The notes below the pieces were generated by a model that had not been told where the DNA came from, searched no databases, and was given only the letters and a program-made list of their open reading frames with translations. From Mycolicibacterium smegmatis (lineage in GTDB: Bacteria > Actinomycetota > Actinomycetes > Mycobacteriales > Mycobacteriaceae), in NCBI RefSeq assembly GCF_001457595.1, contig NZ_LN831039.1, positions 6,690,001 through 6,722,000 of the forward strand: DNA of 32,000 bases, given 5' to 3'. The number at the start of each line of letters is the position of its first letter. Position 1 is the first letter of the stretch. Shown piece by piece: positions 24,646 through 32,000 of this stretch. The translations under genes were made by a program, and so were the position numbers.

Positions 24646-25491
24646 ATGCGCACAGTGTCGGTGATCACCGGTGGAGCCGGTGGCATGGGTGTGGCCACGG
24701 CCAAGATCGTCGGTAAGGAGCACGCGGTCGTCCTGTGCGACGTCCGGCAGGATCGGCTCGACACCGCGGCGACCGCGCTCGCGGAGGTCGGGATCACCCC
24801 GACCGTCGTCAAGTGCGACGTCACCGACCGCCACGCGGTCAACCGGTTGTTCGCCACGACAGCCGGGCTGGGCACCCTCGCCTCGGTGATCCACACCGCG
24901 GGAGTGAGCCCCAGCATGGGCGACGCCGAATACGTCATCCGGACAAACGCCATCGGCACGGCCACCATCAACGAGGCGTTTTATGCCGCGGCGCCCCGGG
25001 GATCGGCGATCGTCAACGTCGCGTCGATGGCCGCGCATCTGCTGCCGGAGGAGATGATCCCGACCGGGCTGTTCCCGCAGGCGATGCATGCTCCCGAGGT
25101 GTTCCTCAAGGACATGCTGGCGGCGTGCGAGATCGTCCCCGAGGAGGCCCGCTCGGGTATCGCCTACGCACTGAGCAAGAGCTTCGTGCGGTGGTACAGC
25201 TCGTCGCAGGCCGAACGGTTCACGGGTCGCGGGTTGCGCATCGTGTCGGTGTCGCCGGGTTCTGTCGACACCGAGATGGGGCGCCTGGAGGAGAAGGCCG
25301 GCGCTGGCGCGCTGGTCGCCGACGCGGCCGTGCCCCGCTGGGGCACGCCCGAGGAGATGGCCGAACTGTTCGCGTTCTGCGCCAGTGACCGCGCCGGGTA
25401 CCTCACCGGCACCGACATCCTCAACGACGGCGGCGTCGTCGCGTCGATGCGCGAACGCGCGCGGGTGGCTGCCGAACAGCAGCAGCAGTAG
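24646..25491 (+). CDS. SDR-family oxidoreductase
   Basis: SVITGGAGGMG cofactor motif and catalytic YALSK. 281 aa. Confidence 0.85.
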   Translation: MRTVSVITGGAGGMGVATAKIVGKEHAVVLCDVRQDRLDTAATALAEVGITPTVVKCDVTDRHAVNRLFATTAGLGTLASVIHTAGVSPSMGDAEYVIRTNAIGTATINEAFYAAAPRGSAIVNVASMAAHLLPEEMIPTGLFPQAMHAPEVFLKDMLAACEIVPEEARSGIAYALSKSFVRWYSSSQAERFTGRGLRIVSVSPGSVDTEMGRLEEKAGAGALVADAAVPRWGTPEEMAELFAFCASDRAGYLTGTDILNDGGVVASMRERARVAAEQQQQ

Positions 25492-25494
25492 CGG

Positions 25495-26268
25495 TCACGC
25501 CTGCCGCAGGATCAGTAGCTCACCGGTCAGGCCGCCGTCGGCCAGCAGATCGCCGATCTTGCCGCTCTGCTCTTCGGCGATCTGCCATGCGCGCGTGTGA
25601 CCGTACCGTTCGGTGAGCGCCTTCTCGACGGCGTCGACGCGCTCGTTCCAGCCGTCCGGGATCGCGGGCAGGTCCGCCGTGCACAACTGTTCCTCGATCA
25701 CCAGGCCCGCGCCGTCGACCAGGTGAGTGAGATGCTCAGGGGCGGGAAAGTGGTTGCCCTCGAACTCGTCTCGTGGAATTTCCCGGTTCGCGACGAACGC
25801 CAGCAGTCCGATGCGTCCGCTCGGGCGCACCACCCGGTGCAGTTCCTCCAGCAGCTCGGTTTGAGCGGGCGTCGTGCACAACACACCCAGGCACCATGCG
25901 GCGTCGAAACTGTTGTCCGCCAACGGTAGCGCCGCTGCCTGCGCGCGCAATACGGGGTGCCCGAAGAGAGTCTGTGCGGCGCGGCACGCGCCGGCTTCGG
26001 GTTCCACCAGAACCGGGTACACCGGAACCGCCTGCGCGGCATAGGCGGCGGGACCACCCACGCCGGCTCCGCAGTCGAGCAGACGCTGCCCGGCCGCAAG
26101 TTCGGTGTGCTCGATGAGCCAGTCGAGGGCGGCAGGGCTTCCACTTCCGCGGCAGCCCGCCGGGATGTAGTAGTCCGACCCGAGGTCGACGGCCACCTTC
26201 GCGGTCCACTCCGCGACGGTGTCGAACTCGGCTTCCATTGCCTCGTCTGCCTCGCCGGACTCGCTCAC
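25495..26268 (-). CDS. Class I SAM-dependent methyltransferase
   Basis: Motif I LLDCGAGVGGPAAY. GTG 26266-26268 overlaps the upstream gene stop as GTGA; ATG 26238 is an alternative start. Confidence 0.8.
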   Translation of the reverse strand: MSESGEADEAMEAEFDTVAEWTAKVAVDLGSDYYIPAGCRGSGSPAALDWLIEHTELAAGQRLLDCGAGVGGPAAYAAQAVPVYPVLVEPEAGACRAAQTLFGHPVLRAQAAALPLADNSFDAAWCLGVLCTTPAQTELLEELHRVVRPSGRIGLLAFVANREIPRDEFEGNHFPAPEHLTHLVDGAGLVIEEQLCTADLPAIPDGWNERVDAVEKALTERYGHTRAWQIAEEQSGKIGDLLADGGLTGELLILRQA

Positions 26269-27290
26269 GGCGCCTCCCCTCGGGTTCGGTCGACACACAA
26301 ATTCTTCACCCGCCGGCCGACTTCTGCCTTGATCGCCGCGCCGCCGCCCGACGCCGAGGCGGATCCGGAGATGTTGACGCCCTCGATCCCGTCGATGGAC
26401 AACAGGGCGCGGGCCTCCTCGACTGCCGCTTCGATGCCTGCCTCCACCGGATCGGCTGCACCCAGGACCCGCTGGGTGACCGCCGGGTCGAGTTCCAGGC
26501 CGGGAAGCCCTTGCAGCACAGCCGCAGACGCGGTGTCGGTGAACACCGCGACCGCGGCGATCACCGGGATCGTCAGCCCCGCCGCCCGCCCGGACTCCAT
26601 GAACCGGGCCACGATGTGCGGGTACGGAACGTGGTTGAGCACAGCGATGCCCGCACCGGCTTTCTGTTTCTCCACCAGGCGCCGCGGCCGGGCGTTCACG
26701 GGCGGCGCGGTCGGCGTCTCGGGGACCGCCGCCACCATGTCGAGTGAGGCGGCCAGTGCCACGAGGCGAGGGCCGTCGAGGTCGAAGGTCTGTGTGACGT
26801 CAGGGCGCACGTCGTAGCCGCGCCCGTCGCCGGTCACGCACATCACGGTGTCGGCGCCGATGCTCCGCAGGCCACGCAGTTCCTGTTCGAGCACAACGCG
26901 GTTGCGGTCACGGCACGACAGGGTGATCCACGGGGTGACGCCGGAGCCGGTCAGCGCGTCGAGCAGCAACCGTCCCATCAGCGTCGGCGGAAAATCGGGC
27001 TTGTTCTGGTGCTCGCCGACGAGCACGGCGTCACAGGACCCGGCCAGCACACCCGCCGTCCTCACGACGTCCTGCTCGTCGAACGGTGCGCAGCTGAAAT
27101 CGGTCAACACCAGGGGCGCTCGCACCGGGGGTCGCGTCGCCTCGGGGCCGCCCCATGGCACGAGGTCGTCGAACACGCAAGGGCCCGAACGCATCTCGCA
27201 CTGTCCGTCAGGTCGGACCCCACCGCACGGGCCGTAGGTCATCCGTTTCGGGCACACCGGCACCTGCGGGTCGGCCCCCGAGGGTGTCAC
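26265..27290 (-). CDS. Methylenetetrahydrofolate reductase-like protein with an N-terminal four-Cys CPK..GPCGG module (the MTHFR_C motif)
   Basis: VCPKRMTYGPCGGVRPDGQCEMRSGPCVF is followed by the MetF-like core LSCRDRNRVVLEQELRGLRSIGADTVMCVTGDG. GTG start overlaps the DUF4235 stop as GTGA. Confidence 0.75.
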   Translation of the reverse strand: MTPSGADPQVPVCPKRMTYGPCGGVRPDGQCEMRSGPCVFDDLVPWGGPEATRPPVRAPLVLTDFSCAPFDEQDVVRTAGVLAGSCDAVLVGEHQNKPDFPPTLMGRLLLDALTGSGVTPWITLSCRDRNRVVLEQELRGLRSIGADTVMCVTGDGRGYDVRPDVTQTFDLDGPRLVALAASLDMVAAVPETPTAPPVNARPRRLVEKQKAGAGIAVLNHVPYPHIVARFMESGRAAGLTIPVIAAVAVFTDTASAAVLQGLPGLELDPAVTQRVLGAADPVEAGIEAAVEEARALLSIDGIEGVNISGSASASGGGAAIKAEVGRRVKNLCVDRTRGEAP

Positions 27291-27562
27291 GCGCTGTCGA
27301 GCTCCTCGTCGGTGAGCGCCTGGAAGCCCTTGGCCTGGGCACGCGCCAGCCCGGCCCGGATGACGCCCACGATCAGGCCGTGGATGGCCGCGGCGATGAT
27401 CGCCTCACGCGTCGACCTGGAGAGATCCTCGGGTTCCGGTGGCTCTTGGTCCGACCGGCTGACGCGCTGCCAGATCTCGCTGAACACCTTGCCGGCCAGC
27501 AAGCCACCGGCCACGCTGATCGCCATCGACAACGGCTTGTAGATCGCTTGGGACGTACTCAC
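27287..27562 (-). CDS. DUF4235-family small membrane-associated protein
   Basis: 91 aa. YKPLSMAISVAGGLLAGKVFSEIWQRVS...AIIAAAIHGLIVGVIRAGLAR matches my recollection of the DUF4235 pattern. GTG start. Confidence 0.65.
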   Translation of the reverse strand: MSTSQAIYKPLSMAISVAGGLLAGKVFSEIWQRVSRSDQEPPEPEDLSRSTREAIIAAAIHGLIVGVIRAGLARAQAKGFQALTDEELDSA

Positions 27563-27616
27563 CCCCGCTGTGTTCCCGGTCGGGGGTCCTTCAAACCCTG
27601 AGGTGAGCGGACCGCG

Positions 27617-28075
27617 TCAGCCCCAGTACGCGAAATTGCACGTGGGTCGTGGTTCGCTCTTGAACGACACCAACATGTCGCCCTCCATGATGATGGTGCA
27701 GATGAGTGAGGTGTCCCCACCGTCGGCGGTCACCTCGGACTCCAGCTTCTCGTACACCGGGTACCGCTTCTCCCATGGCAGGAACACATTGGTCTCGGTC
27801 TGTTCCGGCCCGCCGTTGATGCGGTAGCTGATGGTGACCGGCCCGCTGCCTCCGGTGACGCTCATGACGGCCGATCCGACCGGTGCGGATTGATCGGGCA
27901 CCGGTGCTGTGGTGGTGGCGGACGCTCGCGTTTTCGGCGCGGTGGTCGACTCGGTGGCGGCGGCCGGGTCAGCGACGGGTGTGCCGGTCGCGATCTCGGT
28001 GCACCCGGTGGCCGCCATGACGATGACGGCGACGGTGCCCACGACCATGCCCACGGTGTTGCCCAGTGATCGCAT
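27617..28075 (-). CDS. MmpS-family protein (no adjacent MmpL)
   Basis: N-terminal anchor VVGTVAVIVMAATGC. The C-terminal domain ISYRINGGPEQTETNVFLPWEKRY...CTIIMEGDMLVSFK...TC is typical of mycobacterial MmpS. Confidence 0.75.
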   Translation of the reverse strand: MRSLGNTVGMVVGTVAVIVMAATGCTEIATGTPVADPAAATESTTAPKTRASATTTAPVPDQSAPVGSAVMSVTGGSGPVTISYRINGGPEQTETNVFLPWEKRYPVYEKLESEVTADGGDTSLICTIIMEGDMLVSFKSEPRPTCNFAYWG

Positions 28076-28093
28076 GTCTCACCCTACGACGGG

Positions 28094-28606
28094 TTACGAC
28101 CTGGCCCGGACAGCAATCTCACGGGGACGCGATCCCCGTCGGTACAGCAGCCATCCGGCGCCGATCAGCGCGAGGCCGAAGATCAGAAAGCCGATGTCCC
28201 ACGACAGCGGGGCGCCCAGATCGTCGCGCACGTGGTGCACCCCGAGGATCTGGTGGTCGATCACGCCTTCGACGACGTTGAACACTCCCCACCCGAGCAG
28301 CAGCAGGCCGAAGTGGAACGACCACGTCGGCGCGAGGCGCCCTTGCCGCCACGACACGAGCGTCAGGATCGACCCTGCCCACACCAGAAGCCACGTGGCG
28401 ACGTGGAAGAAGCCGTCGGCGATGACGTTGAGTTCGAGTCCGGCCAGCGTGTCGGTGGGTTCGGCGCCGCTGATCATGTGGTGCCACTGCAGGATCTCGT
28501 GCAGCACGATGCCGTCGACGAAACCGCCCAGACCCAGTCCCAGGAGCAGACTCGGCAACACACTGGGCTTCTTGCCGGCCACCTTGTCCGCCACCTTGTC
28601 CGCCAC
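28094..28606 (-). CDS. DUF2243-family integral membrane protein
   Basis: GGFVDGIVLHEILQWHHM and VIDHQILGVHHV motifs. Three in-frame GTG start candidates (28606, 28594, 28582) are created by a 12-bp tandem repeat. Confidence 0.7.
   Translation of the reverse strand: MADKVADKVAGKKPSVLPSLLLGLGLGGFVDGIVLHEILQWHHMISGAEPTDTLAGLELNVIADGFFHVATWLLVWAGSILTLVSWRQGRLAPTWSFHFGLLLLGWGVFNVVEGVIDHQILGVHHVRDDLGAPLSWDIGFLIFGLALIGAGWLLYRRGSRPREIAVRARS
28578..28601. repeat. Perfect 12-bp tandem duplication (GCCACCTTGTCC x2, plus a partial third GCCAC) at the 5' end of the DUF2243 gene
   Basis: Read directly. It encodes the repeated ADKV-ADKV peptide. Confidence 0.8.
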
Positions 28607-28720
28607 GGCCCCGGCATACCCCGCGATGACCGACCGAAACCCGTCGTCCGTGCGGTTTCACCCGCAACACGCGGCGTCGGCCGTACAGACCGCACAGTCG
28701 GCGCGAACTGCGCCCCGAAT

Positions 28721-28732
28721 TGGTCTATACCA
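28721..28732. promoter_or_regulatory. HutC/GntR-subfamily operator-like box TGGTCTATACCA (reverse complement TGGTATAGACCA)
   Basis: Read directly, about 120 bp upstream of the SBP start in a 247-bp intergenic region, flanked as TTGGTCTATACCAA. It matches the TGGT-N4-ACCA core of DasR/PhnF-type sites. Confidence 0.5.
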
Positions 28733-28853
28733 AAGTTTCACCTTCTGTTATCGCCTCGCACACTCCGCGGACGCGGCGTCGTCGCGGTGTCCGGAGAAAG
28801 TCCTTCCATGGCGCCGCTTCATCAGGAAGCGCTGCGACATCAGGAGGAAATAG

Positions 28854-29993
28854 GTGCGTCAACAGAAATGGTCACGGTGGCTCATACCCGCCATGCTGAC
28901 CGCGATCTCGCTACCGCTCGCGGCATGCGGCGGGTCCGCCGGTAGCGCCGCGGTGGACGCCTCATCGCCGCCCGACATCAACGCCGCCAAGGAGCAGGCC
29001 GAGCAGTTCCGGACCGCGGGCATGCCCGACGACTGGATCAACTTCGGTGAGTTCTACCAGTCCGTCTGCGACACATACCAACTGGGCTGCAACGGATTCG
29101 CCGTGCAGGGCGTCAACCGCGTCGACACCGACATGAGCTCGGCCGAGGAGATCGCGGCGTTCAAGAACGAGACCACCAACGCCCCGATGTGTTCGGACAT
29201 CGGTATCGCGTTTGGCCAGGTCGCCGAGACCGAGGGCGTGCTGCTCAACTACACGCCCAAGGCCGCGGCCGATCTGCCCGCCGCCTACAAGGCACACGAC
29301 GGTGGCTGGGTCGCCACCGCTGTCGGCGTCATCTCCATCATGACCAACACCGACGTGGTTCCCAACCCGCCGCGATCGTTCGCGGACCTGCTCAAGCCGG
29401 AATACAAAGGCAAGGTCTCGATCTCGAACCCCGTCACCTCGGGAACCGGACAGGCTACGGTCTTCTCCACCGCGGCGGCGCTGTCGAAGAACAAGGGGCA
29501 GTTCGACCTCGACGCCGCCATGGACTACTGGGCCGAGTTCTACAAGCGCGGGCAGCGTAACGAGGCGGAGTTCTCCGCGGCATCATTCGAGCGCGGCGAG
29601 ACCCCGATCCGCCTTGCCTACGACTTCGTCAACATTCAGGCCGCAAATCTCGTGAAGGACAAGGGTATCCACACCGAGAACGTGATCCCGGCCGAAGGCG
29701 GGGTGTGGCAGCCGTCGGCGACCATGTGCAACAAGAAGACCGAGGATCCCGACCTGGCGAAACTCGTTCTCGACCACACCCTCTCGAAGGAGGGCCAGCT
29801 GACCTTCGCGAAGGTGGGAGCCCGCCCGGTGCTCTACACGCTGGGCAAGCTCGACGTGCCCGCCGAACTGAAGGCCAATTGGTTGCCCGAAAGCCAGTAC
29901 GTCAACGTCATCCAGTATCCCGACGATTCGTGGCCCGATCCCTCCGTGGTCGCCGACCGCTGGGAGAACGACGTCCTCACCGCGGGCGGATGA
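28854..29993 (+). CDS. ABC transporter substrate-binding lipoprotein (PotD/AfuA/PhnS-like family 1 SBP)
   Basis: Signal peptide with canonical lipobox LPLAAC. 379 aa. GTG start preceded by AGGAGG. First gene of a coupled transporter operon. Confidence 0.8.
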   Translation: MRQQKWSRWLIPAMLTAISLPLAACGGSAGSAAVDASSPPDINAAKEQAEQFRTAGMPDDWINFGEFYQSVCDTYQLGCNGFAVQGVNRVDTDMSSAEEIAAFKNETTNAPMCSDIGIAFGQVAETEGVLLNYTPKAAADLPAAYKAHDGGWVATAVGVISIMTNTDVVPNPPRSFADLLKPEYKGKVSISNPVTSGTGQATVFSTAAALSKNKGQFDLDAAMDYWAEFYKRGQRNEAEFSAASFERGETPIRLAYDFVNIQAANLVKDKGIHTENVIPAEGGVWQPSATMCNKKTEDPDLAKLVLDHTLSKEGQLTFAKVGARPVLYTLGKLDVPAELKANWLPESQYVNVIQYPDDSWPDPSVVADRWENDVLTAGG

Positions 29994-30943
29994 CGACCGT
30001 CAGCCGCGCGGTGGCCGGCCCCGCCGATGACATCTCGGTGGGGCCCGGCCTGTCGTCCGCACCTGCCCGACGCCGCCGCGGCACGCTGCGCCGCATCGTC
30101 ACGCAATGGGGTCCGGCGGTACCCTTCCTGATCGCTGCCGGTGGAATCCTCGCCGCGGCCGCATTCTGGCTGATCCGTACGAGTTTCAGCGGTCCCGACG
30201 GTGGCTGGACCCTGCAAGCCTGGCAGGACATCTTCGCCCAGCAGATCACCCGTGCGGCCATGGTGCGCTCACTCGGGTTGTCGGCAGTCGTGGCGACGCT
30301 GTGCCTCGTGCTGGGATCGGTGCTGGCGTACCTGGTCTCCGGCCTCGCCCGCCGCGGCCGCACCGCGGCACAGGCGTTGCTCAATGTGGCCGCCAACTTC
30401 GGCGGTGCCTCCCTGGCTATCGCCATGGTGTCCACCCTGGGCGCAGTCGGATTCGTCCGCCTGCTGCTGCAGGACCGGTTCGGGTACGCGCTGGGGTTCG
30501 ACCTGTACTCGTTCTGGGGTGTGGTGGTCACCTACATGTACTTCATCCTGCCGCTCTACGTGCTCCTGGTGCTGCCGGCCATGTCGGTGCTGCGCGCCGA
30601 GTGGTGGGATGCCGTGCAGGCCGCGGGTGGGACGCGGTGGCACTACTGGCGTCACGTCGGACTGCCGGTGCTGTGCCCGTTCCTGCTCGCGGGCTGGGTC
30701 CTGACCTTCGCCTGGTCGCTCGGCCAGTTCTCGGTTCCCTATGCACTTCTCGGCGACACCTCGGCGACGTCGTTGATCACCACGCGACTCGGCAACTTCC
30801 TGTTCTCGGCCACCGGAGGGTCCAACCGCTTCGAACGCGCGGCAGCTCTCGCGGTCTTCCTGATGGTCATCTCGGCGCTGGCGCTCGTGCTCTATCGGCT
30901 GATCGCCAACCGGATGCTGGCCCGATTGGAGAACCTGCGATGA
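29990..30943 (+). CDS. ABC transporter permease
   Basis: 317 aa from ATG 29990 (ATGA overlap with the SBP stop), with multiple TM helices. The 5' part of track ORF 29705..30943 overlaps the SBP gene. Confidence 0.8.
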   Translation: MTTVSRAVAGPADDISVGPGLSSAPARRRRGTLRRIVTQWGPAVPFLIAAGGILAAAAFWLIRTSFSGPDGGWTLQAWQDIFAQQITRAAMVRSLGLSAVVATLCLVLGSVLAYLVSGLARRGRTAAQALLNVAANFGGASLAIAMVSTLGAVGFVRLLLQDRFGYALGFDLYSFWGVVVTYMYFILPLYVLLVLPAMSVLRAEWWDAVQAAGGTRWHYWRHVGLPVLCPFLLAGWVLTFAWSLGQFSVPYALLGDTSATSLITTRLGNFLFSATGGSNRFERAAALAVFLMVISALALVLYRLIANRMLARLENLR

Positions 30944-31764
30944 CCCGCATGTCCCGCTGGGCGCTCCTCGGCCTGTGGAGCGTGTTCCTCGTGCTTCCGG
31001 TGCTGGCGACCCTGCTCTACTCGCTGGCCACGGTGTGGCGCGGGCGAGCCTTCCCGGACGGATACACCCTCGCGTGGTGGGTTCAGGCCTTCAGCGAGCC
31101 GCGGGTGGTATCGGCCCTGATGCGGTCGGTATGGCTGGCCGTGCTCACCGTCGTCGTGGTCGCGGCCGTCGTACTACCCGCCCTGTACTGGGGCCACATC
31201 CGCAACGGACGGATCCGTACGGTGATGCAACTGTGCGCGCTCTTGCCGTTCGCGCTGCCGTTCGTGGTGCTGGCCTACGGCATCAAACGTCTCGCCGGGG
31301 CCAGTGAACTCACCCAGCCGTGGGAGTCCAGCCCCGTGCTCGTCGTCCTCGGCCACGTCGCGCTGTCCTTCCCGTTCTTCCTGTGGCCCGTGGACGGCGC
31401 CATGTCCGCGGCCGGTGTACGGCAGCTGTCCGAGGCTGCCGAGACCTCGGGCGCCACACCGTTGGCCACGTTGTTCCGGGTCGTCATCCCGAACATCCGC
31501 ACCGGCATCCTGACGGGCGCGATCCTGACGTTCGCCACATCGTTCGGTGAGTACTCCATCGCCCGTGTCATCACCGGAAGCTCGTTCGAGACGCTGCCGG
31601 TCTGGCAGGTCTCCGCGCTGCAGGACACCCGCGGCAACCCCAACGGCGTCGCGGTCATGGCGATCTTCACATTCCTGCTCATGTTCATCGTCTCGGTGCT
31701 CATCGCACGGACCGGCAAGGGACAACCCCTGCGGCTTCTGCCGGGCATCGGCAACACACGATAG
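30940..31764 (+). CDS. ABC transporter permease
   Basis: 274 aa from ATG 30940 (ATGA overlap). Contains an EAA-loop-like region SEAAETSGATPLATLFRVVIP. Confidence 0.8.
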   Translation: MTRMSRWALLGLWSVFLVLPVLATLLYSLATVWRGRAFPDGYTLAWWVQAFSEPRVVSALMRSVWLAVLTVVVVAAVVLPALYWGHIRNGRIRTVMQLCALLPFALPFVVLAYGIKRLAGASELTQPWESSPVLVVLGHVALSFPFFLWPVDGAMSAAGVRQLSEAAETSGATPLATLFRVVIPNIRTGILTGAILTFATSFGEYSIARVITGSSFETLPVWQVSALQDTRGNPNGVAVMAIFTFLLMFIVSVLIARTGKGQPLRLLPGIGNTR

Positions 31765-31773
31765 GAGTATCTC

Positions 31774-32000
31774 GTGCCCAGCGCTGTTCAGATCGAGTCG
31801 GCCACAAAGGTTTACGGGTCCACCAAGGCCCTCGACAATGTCTCACTCCACATCGATCCCGGCCAGATGGTCGCCCTACTCGGGCCATCGGGTTGCGGAA
31901 AGACGTCGCTGCTGCGGGCCATCGCGGGGCTCAATCCCCTCGACCGCGGTGCGATCCGCATCGGTGAAAGCGACGTCACCATGGTGCCCGCCCGGCTGCG
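31774..32000 (+). CDS. ABC transporter ATP-binding protein, 5' part (runs off the right edge)
   Basis: Hand translation from GTG 31774 (AGGAG upstream) gives [52 protein letters not shown], which contains Walker A. Confidence 0.85.
   Translation, partial: MPSAVQIESATKVYGSTKALDNVSLHIDPGQMVALLGPSGCGKTSLLRAIAGLNPLDRGAIRIGESDVTMVPARL

Noticed and set aside
28634-28716. Short hairpins in the SBP upstream region (GAAACC-N12-GGTTTC; GGCGC-gaact-GCGCC) and the 8-bp direct repeat CATCAGGA x2 near the SD
   Set aside because: The stems are only 5-6 bp in GC-rich sequence and are easily explained by chance. One CATCAGGA copy simply overlaps the AGGAGG Shine-Dalgarno. Only the HutC-like box seemed specific enough to report.
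1-32000. CRISPR arrays, rRNA/tRNA genes, IS elements/transposases, integrases, prophage or toxin-antitoxin/defence modules
   Set aside because: - I saw no regularly spaced direct repeats and no tRNA-like cloverleaf segments in the few intergenic gaps, most of which are under 100 bp.
- No ORF has transposase, integrase or recombinase motifs.
- This was an eye scan only; tRNAscan-SE, ISfinder or defence-system HMMs could overturn it.

Overview
The window is high-GC, densely packed actinobacterial DNA. Codon usage, an MmpS protein, an LLM/F420-type oxidoreductase, a TcmP-like methyltransferase and several DUF families point to a fast-growing mycobacterium (Mycolicibacterium-like); that is inference only. 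I support 37 protein-coding genes and found no rRNA, tRNA, CRISPR array, transposase or integrase. All family names come from motifs I recognise by eye, since no search was possible.

Layout, left to right:
- Partial hypothetical gene at the left edge (1-232, minus).
- Minus-strand unit 331-3380: Zn-alcohol/formaldehyde-type dehydrogenase, monothiol DsbA-like protein and membrane metallophosphoesterase.
- Divergent SF2 helicase (DEFH box, long C-terminal domain) converging on a NUDIX hydrolase.
- Tat-signal GH-A/GH5-like glycosidase.
- Small Cys/His-rich protein.
- Redox island at 8.5-15.1 kb: LLM oxidoreductase, P450, a four-gene operon (SDR, VOC, NTF2-like, SDR), nitroreductase, TetR and a second VOC.
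- Complete biotin-independent malonate decarboxylase operon on the minus strand: mdcA, mdcB, mdcC, fused mdcD-E, mdcG, mdcH. A signal-peptide alpha/beta hydrolase is coupled to its front by an ATGA overlap.
- Divergent NCS1 permease.
- C-terminal remnant of an SDR gene.
- TcmP-like methyltransferase and an SDR.
- Minus-strand, translationally coupled operon: DUF4235, Cys-cluster MTHFR-like protein, SAM methyltransferase.
- Orphan MmpS and a DUF2243 membrane protein.
- ABC importer (lipoprotein SBP, two permeases, partial ATPase) preceded by a HutC/PhnF-type operator.

Most worth follow-up:
- The atypical mdc operon: exported hydrolase, fused beta-gamma subunit, no malonate transporter or regulator gene in the operon.
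- The DUF4235/MTHFR-like/methyltransferase operon.
- The operator-like palindromes, especially TGGTCTATACCA and GTACGATCGTAC.

The many long antisense or alternate-frame ORFs in the track are GC-driven shadows and are rejected.
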